Virus record (IMG/VR): IMGVR_UViG_3300011443_000005
Length of the DNA stretch: 49,419 nucleotides
Direction: 5' to 3' (one strand)
Source: a virus
The notes beneath the pieces were generated by a model that saw only the letters and a list, made by a program, of their open reading frames with translations, ran no database searches and had not been told where the DNA came from. The position numbers were made by a program, and so were the translations under genes. Each line of letters begins with the position of its first letter. The stretch's first letter is position 1. Below, piece after piece: positions 42,104 through 46,827 of the stretch.

Positions 42104-42903
42104 TAAGTAATATCATACCGTGGTTTGAGCTATCAGGAGCACCGAACCAACCATACCCCAATAGCACACCACCAATAAATTATCGGGGGTACGCTATCAA
42201 AGGTGCGGAGGCATGGAAACAACACACTGGTTGCAATACAGTCTGTGTTACTACCGGCTGCTCCGAAGCACATTTGACCAGTCTTCGAGGAATATCCTTT
42301 TGGCCAATAAACCTTATTCCGAGTGTGAAACTCCACACCGCTGATAAGTTTATTGAAAAGGGAGGAATCCTATCTGAAGAGCTTTGGGACAATTTGGCAA
42401 CTTGGTTATCAGGTGAAGCTGACCACAGGTCTTGTTCCCTGCTAATAGAGGGAGAAACAGCATTCTCAAACTTCCACCAAGGAAAAGAAGAGATTGACTA
42501 CCAACAGTTTTCAGACTTGATTTCCGTTTTGCAGGAAGTGGCCTGTACTATCCTTTGGTATCCAATACAAATTTTACCCAATTCCAAAACCGCACCAAAC
42601 CGATTGGCCAGCACGACGAAACTCGTGCGGACTATTGCAGAAGCGGTGCCGAACAGTAAATTTGTAGCGGGATACTCGCCGGGGGATGACCTGCAACTGA
42701 ATGCCGGATTGATACGTTCGGTGGGCAGGGATAGAATCCTCCCCTGCATGGAGGTTAACGTCCCAGCAGGTAAGTATTATGCACCAAAAGATGTAAGTTT
42801 TGAAATGGGTAAGAGAGCAACGGAGAAGATGTTGGTTCACATCACGCACAGTAAGTGGTTGGAACTGGCTGAACACCCAGATTGGAAAGGACAACAAGAA
42901 TGA
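42100..42903 (+). CDS. Hypothetical protein (267 aa)
   Basis: Long ORF coupled to both neighbours by ATGA overlaps. No motif recognised. Confidence 0.65.
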   Translation: MISNIIPWFELSGAPNQPYPNSTPPINYRGYAIKGAEAWKQHTGCNTVCVTTGCSEAHLTSLRGISFWPINLIPSVKLHTADKFIEKGGILSEELWDNLATWLSGEADHRSCSLLIEGETAFSNFHQGKEEIDYQQFSDLISVLQEVACTILWYPIQILPNSKTAPNRLASTTKLVRTIAEAVPNSKFVAGYSPGDDLQLNAGLIRSVGRDRILPCMEVNVPAGKYYAPKDVSFEMGKRATEKMLVHITHSKWLELAEHPDWKGQQE

Positions 42904-43433
42904 CAATGCAAGCACAAAACATTCCCGCGATTGATTGGGGTAACTCCTTGATTTTCCGTAAATCAGGAGCCATTGCAGCATACACACCAAAGAATCAAAC
43001 TTTGGTGGAATACCCCGGACCTGAATTCCGACACCCAAGGGTGGGACCAACGTATGAACAACAGAACAATGAGATTGTCTGGTATCTACGTTGGCCGGGG
43101 TTTGATCCCTTTACCGGAGAAGCATTCCAGGATTCATATCCTGCTCTCATCTGTTCTGGTATCGGAGAACTGTCTGGGCCGCATGTCTTTGAAGGTGTTC
43201 AAAATGCAGGAGAACTAATCTCCATGAGCAACATTCCTTTTTCTGCGGCTGAGTTTCTCCCTCTCACACCGGAGAAGCGAAGGGTTGGAATGATTATCAG
43301 CGTAACCCCGGCTATGTGGGCAACCAAGGACGACATTCTTAACAATCGTTGGAACACTATGCGGGTTCCAATTATGGGTGCTGTGGGTCAACAGAACGTA
43401 TTGAGTATCACCGTTGGGCGATACACTGTCTAG
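42900..43433 (+). CDS. Hypothetical protein (177 aa from ATG 42900)
   Basis: ATGA overlap with the upstream stop. The track ORF starts at 42882. Confidence 0.6.
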   Translation: MTMQAQNIPAIDWGNSLIFRKSGAIAAYTPKNQTLVEYPGPEFRHPRVGPTYEQQNNEIVWYLRWPGFDPFTGEAFQDSYPALICSGIGELSGPHVFEGVQNAGELISMSNIPFSAAEFLPLTPEKRRVGMIISVTPAMWATKDDILNNRWNTMRVPIMGAVGQQNVLSITVGRYTV

Positions 43434-43447
43434 AAAAGGAATAGGGA

Positions 43448-43651
43448 ATGCTGGTACTATCACGGAAGGAACACGAGGAGATTAAAATTGGTGATGACAT
43501 TACTGTTTCCGTTTTGGAAATTCGAGGAGACAAGGTCAGAATTGGCGTTACCGCACCTCCAGATGTCTTGGTAGACCGTAAAGAAATTCGGACACGCAAA
43601 GAAAAGGAAAAGCAGAATGAAGATGTGGAAAATCTTCCTACTGATGGTTAG
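43448..43651 (+). CDS. csrA: CsrA/RsmA-family RNA-binding translational regulator (67 aa)
   Basis: MLVLSRKEHEEIKIGDDITVSVLEIRGDKVRIGVTAPPDVLVDRKEI aligns along its length with the canonical MLILTRR.GE...IGD.V.V.VL...G..VRIG..AP..V.V.R.EI. Confidence 0.85.
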   Translation: MLVLSRKEHEEIKIGDDITVSVLEIRGDKVRIGVTAPPDVLVDRKEIRTRKEKEKQNEDVENLPTDG

Positions 43652-43967
43652 TCTGTTTGGTATCGGTGTTGCTGGCTGTGCATCTGCTGCCAAGTTCACG
43701 CCGGAACAACAGCAGAGTATACAGGCTGTGGCGGGTATCCTGGTAAAGGTTGCTCAGGAAACCAATACTCATGCTGTTGCTCGTATTCGTCTAGTTCCGG
43801 CTGAGTTTTATGCGAAGCAATCCTTCGGAATGTCTGGGATTGAGGCAGAGCTATACCTCTCTGCCAATCCCGCAGATCAGGATTCTCTGGTTACCAGCAC
43901 ACCTATGATGGTTGTCCAGACCAGTAAGGGACCAGCAGTTGTGCCTGTCCCCAAGGAGGAACCTTGA
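43617..43967 (+). CDS. Lipoprotein (116 aa)
   Basis: Signal peptide with lipobox VAGC (MKMWKIFLLMVSLFGIGVAGC). Overlaps the csrA 3' end by 35 nt. Confidence 0.6.
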   Translation: MKMWKIFLLMVSLFGIGVAGCASAAKFTPEQQQSIQAVAGILVKVAQETNTHAVARIRLVPAEFYAKQSFGMSGIEAELYLSANPADQDSLVTSTPMMVVQTSKGPAVVPVPKEEP

Positions 43968-44272
43968 ACGTAGAACCCATTGGAAATAAGATTTTCGTAG
44001 AACGTGAAGAAGCTCAGTCTGTTACTGAGGGCGGTATTCATCTGCCAGAGAAAGCCAAAGAGCTTCCTTGTCGTGGGGAAGTGCTGGCTGTCGGTCCCGG
44101 ACAACTGATGGAGAGTGGAAGCCGTCACATTCTTCAAATTCAAAAAGGGAACAAAGTACTCTTCCCCAGCTACGCTGGGACGGAAGTAACCCTCAGCGGT
44201 ACGTTGAACACTCCGGGAGAGAGAAAATATCTCATCATGGATGAAGCAGATGTATTGTGTATTCTGCGATAG
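43964..44272 (+). CDS. groES: GroES/Cpn10 co-chaperonin homologue (102 aa)
   Basis: PIGNKIFVEREEAQSVTEGGIHLPEKAKE.P.RGEVLAVGPG...KGNKVLFPSYAGTEV...YLIMDEADVL follows the GroES pattern including the mobile loop. TTG start overlaps the upstream stop. Confidence 0.85.
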   Translation: MNVEPIGNKIFVEREEAQSVTEGGIHLPEKAKELPCRGEVLAVGPGQLMESGSRHILQIQKGNKVLFPSYAGTEVTLSGTLNTPGERKYLIMDEADVLCILR

Positions 44273-44307
44273 TAGTTTGTCGTCAAGTACGAGCGACACC
44301 TTGCTCT

Positions 44308-44502
44308 ATGGCGCCTCACGTACCCTGGCAGGTATACGCGCGGGGCGGAGTGGTGTGGCAGTTCGGAGAGACGAACATTTACGGAGATGTCCTGAACTAT
44401 TTTGTGAGGCGCCGTAGTAACACGCGAGCGCCGCAACGGTTGCGACACCTGCGAGCCGACGCCGGTGATACGGTCCTGATTGTCTTCGGACTATACAGTT
44501 GA
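44308..44502 (+). CDS. Doubtful small ORF (64 aa) in the GC-rich island
   Basis: ATG without an SD. It contains hairpin copy 1. The region may instead be non-coding RNA. Confidence 0.3.
   Translation: MAPHVPWQVYARGGVVWQFGETNIYGDVLNYFVRRRSNTRAPQRLRHLRADAGDTVLIVFGLYS
44345..44376 (+). other. Conserved element copy 1: GCGGAGTGGTGTGGCA plus hairpin GTTCG-GAGAGA-CGAAC
   Basis: Aligned by eye with 44522..44553 (13/16 identical 5' bases, identical loop, compensatory stem changes). Confidence 0.5.
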
Positions 44503-44521
44503 CTCCGATCCTGGGACAGCG

Positions 44522-44553
44522 GCGAAGTGGTGTGACGGCCGGGAGAGACCGGC
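44522..44553 (+). other. Conserved element copy 2: GCGAAGTGGTGTGACG plus hairpin GCCGG-GAGAGA-CCGGC
   Basis: Ends 18 nt upstream of ATG 44572. See copy 1. Confidence 0.5.
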
Positions 44554-44571
44554 AAAAATTGAAAGGCGAAA

Positions 44572-44892
44572 ATGCAAACACACGAAGATCGTGATTTTGA
44601 CCGCAAACATTTTCTGGGCCGGTTAGAGGATCGTGCCGTGAAAATGCGGCAAGCTGGTCTGTCAAAGATCACCGGCGGCGCGCCGGACGAAGAGACGCTT
44701 GCCGAATGGCATGGGGTGAACGGGGTACACGTCAAGCGATTGCCGGAAGACGAACAGGGTATTTTGCGAATCTCCGTTGGCGGCGGAATTCAAGAGATCG
44801 ATGTGAACTACCTGGTATTTCGCGGCGATCCACACAAGTGTATGTACTTGTTGCGGGCGGCGTTGGCGGCGATGGAAGAAAAGCTGCCATAA
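44572..44892 (+). CDS. Hypothetical protein (106 aa) in the GC-rich island
   Basis: AAAGG SD, balanced amino-acid composition, the best-looking ORF of the island. Confidence 0.55.
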   Translation: MQTHEDRDFDRKHFLGRLEDRAVKMRQAGLSKITGGAPDEETLAEWHGVNGVHVKRLPEDEQGILRISVGGGIQEIDVNYLVFRGDPHKCMYLLRAALAAMEEKLP

Positions 44893-44900
44893 GTGCGTAA

Positions 44901-44979
44901 GCCCCGTCGGCGTGGTGGGACACGTACCCGGCACCACAAACAGGTGCCCGGCATTGCGGTTCGAATCCGGCACGGGGCA
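44901..44979 (+). ncRNA. tRNA-like element (non-canonical; likely not a standard decoding tRNA)
   Basis: Perfect 7-bp acceptor stem (GCCCCGT/ACGGGGC), 4-bp D stem with a GG loop, canonical GGTTCGAATCC T-loop. But the anticodon arm is 9 bp with loop ACAAACA (no U33), the T stem has only 3 bp, and U8/A14 are absent. Confidence 0.4.
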
Positions 44980-45076
44980 ATACTAGATGCGTGCGTAAAA
45001 GCGCCCTCGTCAAGGCGAGAAGCCAGGGTGAGAGGGGCGGGACGACGTAAACCGCCCGGATGGATGAGAAGGTGCT

Positions 45077-45292
45077 ATGCTTCAGCCGTTCATCGCGAGG
45101 CTCTGCGTGGGCTGTGTCGAGAGGCTGAAGCTCCCCGTTTTCGTATCGGGCCAAGCGTTGCCAAAACCCGGAGACGCAATCCCCATCGTGTATCTAGCCA
45201 GGGTGGGCGAGCTAGAGTTCCAGGGGCGATGCCGGACGTGTAACGATTTGGTAGTGGTGCGAGGACCGGGTGTTCACAAATTCGATCAGTAA
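45077..45292 (+). CDS. Small zinc-ribbon protein (71 aa) in the GC-rich island
   Basis: GAGAAGG SD; CVGC...CRTC pairs. Confidence 0.45.
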   Translation: MLQPFIARLCVGCVERLKLPVFVSGQALPKPGDAIPIVYLARVGELEFQGRCRTCNDLVVVRGPGVHKFDQ

Positions 45293-45310
45293 GCTGCTAA
45301 GAAGTTGACC

Positions 45311-45643
45311 ATGGCGAATAAAACAACAAAATCCATTTGGACTAGAGAAAGAAAGGAAATGCTCCAGAGACTTCTGCGAGGGGAAGACCTTTGGTGGCCG
45401 GGACCGGATCGGGAACCCGCAAGAGGAAAAAGGCTTGACCTTGTCATGGCTGTCGAGGAAGTCTTTCCGGGGAACGGGGACTTCGCTGTAAGTCAACGGG
45501 AACAAGCTTGGGCGGAATTGCGGATAACCGCAAAAATAACCGGCTCACTTTCCAAGTGGCAAGACTCAGTAGGGTATAAGGATGTAATGAAAGCAATCGA
45601 AGACCTTAGCCCCGATTTGCTAGAAAGGACTCCAAGAGATTGA
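45311..45643 (+). CDS. Hypothetical protein (110 aa from ATG 45311)
   Basis: First ORF after the return to low G+C. The track start is TTG 45305. Confidence 0.55.
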   Translation: MANKTTKSIWTRERKEMLQRLLRGEDLWWPGPDREPARGKRLDLVMAVEEVFPGNGDFAVSQREQAWAELRITAKITGSLSKWQDSVGYKDVMKAIEDLSPDLLERTPRD

Positions 45644-45879
45644 AAAAACTATTATCACTTTGTCTCTTGTTAATTGGTTGTAGAGCAACCACAAACACCA
45701 CAGCTACCGTACACACTAGTATTGGCTGGATACCCGTACACTCTACCTGTCAAAAGTGTCCAGGGTGTGGGAACACAGAACTTTCCAGAGACTATGACGC
45801 GGGCAGTAAACAAACTGAAGTATACTGTAATAGGTGTGATAGTTTCTATTGTGTCATAGAGCCGGGAAAACAAAAGTGA
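45640..45879 (+). CDS. Small lipoprotein with zinc-ribbon cysteines (79 aa)
   Basis: MKKLLSLCLLLIGC lipobox, then CQKCPGC...CNRC. TTGA overlap with the upstream stop. Confidence 0.55.
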   Translation: MKKLLSLCLLLIGCRATTNTTATVHTSIGWIPVHSTCQKCPGCGNTELSRDYDAGSKQTEVYCNRCDSFYCVIEPGKQK

Positions 45880-45884
45880 ATAGA

Positions 45885-46265
45885 ATGAAGTGGTTCTTCT
45901 TTGGTTGGTTCTGTTGTGGCTTTCTTCTCTTTAGTACCTTCTTCCTTTCTTCCTGCATGTTGAAAGGTTATGAAAAAAGAAGTTCGGCCAATTATGAATT
46001 TAAACCCACAGAAACAAGTCCTGTAACTACAGACCAAGACCCAACCATGATTAGTTACGGGGATTTGAAATCCTATCTGAATAACAACGTAAGCCACAAT
46101 AACCCTTGGGCTGCTGTTGTCACTGGTGCTGTTACCGTACTAGTTCTAGGTGTGGTTATTGTTAAGAACAACTACCAACACCAGAAACCCCAGTATGAAG
46201 AGAAGAAACAAGCTATCGTTGAGCAAGTATTACAAGAACGACAGGAGCGGGATTTCAATGTCTAG
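45885..46265 (+). CDS. Candidate unimolecular spanin (126 aa from ATG 45885)
   Basis: N-terminal lipoprotein signal (lipobox LSSC) plus a C-terminal TM helix (PWAAVVTGAVTVLVLGVVIV) and a charged tail. This is the architecture described for u-spanins such as T1 gp11. Confidence 0.45.
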   Translation: MKWFFFGWFCCGFLLFSTFFLSSCMLKGYEKRSSANYEFKPTETSPVTTDQDPTMISYGDLKSYLNNNVSHNNPWAAVVTGAVTVLVLGVVIVKNNYQHQKPQYEEKKQAIVEQVLQERQERDFNV

Positions 46266-46491
46266 TCCAATAATTGAGCACACTTGTATTAAGTACACTT
46301 GTATTACTTGTGGTAAAAACAAGGAAACAATGTTAGGAATCAGGGTTACTCTTAACGCATCAGGACAGTCTCTTCAGCACATAATTTTATTCGCTTGCTC
46401 TATGGAGTGCTCTGAGGCTTTCACAACAAAATGCTCTAAGACATTTTTAGAGTGGTCTGAGACAGCTTCTCAAAATACCGGGAAAGCATAA
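46258..46491 (+). CDS. Small zinc-ribbon protein (77 aa from ATG 46258), family member
   Basis: AGGAG SD. YTCITCGKNKETMLGIRVT...CSMECSEAF. The track ORF starts at 46150 inside the previous gene. Confidence 0.55.
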   Translation: MSSPIIEHTCIKYTCITCGKNKETMLGIRVTLNASGQSLQHIILFACSMECSEAFTTKCSKTFLEWSETASQNTGKA

Positions 46492-46827
46492 ATGAATACC
46501 TTCTATCTTCACGAAAACACACAACTTTCCGAAGCTCATCTTGGTTTTTGGACAAGACTCAGAATGAGAGGTTTTCTCTATAAGGAATTACAAAACTTCA
46601 ATAACCCCCGTTGGGTAGCTTTTCTCAAAGCTTGTGCAATATGGAGAAAAGAAACTTATGTATACTGGTTTGGCGTTTTAGATTTGCTGAAGCTTTCCGC
46701 AAAGAGAAGAGAAGAGTTTAGACAAGCTATCGAGAGCCAAACTGTTGCTGAAGCTGTTGTTCAATCCCCGAAGTTTCGGGCTTCATCCAAGTCTGGTAAT
46801 ACTCAGGAAGACGCTTCGGTTGAGTAA
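46492..46827 (+). CDS. Hypothetical protein (111 aa), last gene of the plus arm
   Basis: ATG directly follows the upstream TAA. Its 3' 101 nt overlap the convergent large gene. Confidence 0.55.
   Translation: MNTFYLHENTQLSEAHLGFWTRLRMRGFLYKELQNFNNPRWVAFLKACAIWRKETYVYWFGVLDLLKLSAKRREEFRQAIESQTVAEAVVQSPKFRASSKSGNTQEDASVE

Noticed and set aside
44901-44979. The tRNA-like element as an attP core for integration into a host tRNA gene
   Set aside because: The genome has no integrase, excisionase or repressor-type lysogeny module. The element contains both halves of an acceptor stem, whereas an attP core would carry only a 3' tRNA fragment.
44306-45243. Several long ORFs in the GC-rich island (44893..45243 +, 44732..45154 -, 44306..44665 -, 44397..44735 -)
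   Set aside because: They are Arg/Pro/Ala/Gly-rich products without SDs. They overlap each other and the tRNA-like element, which is the usual spurious open frame in GC-rich DNA.
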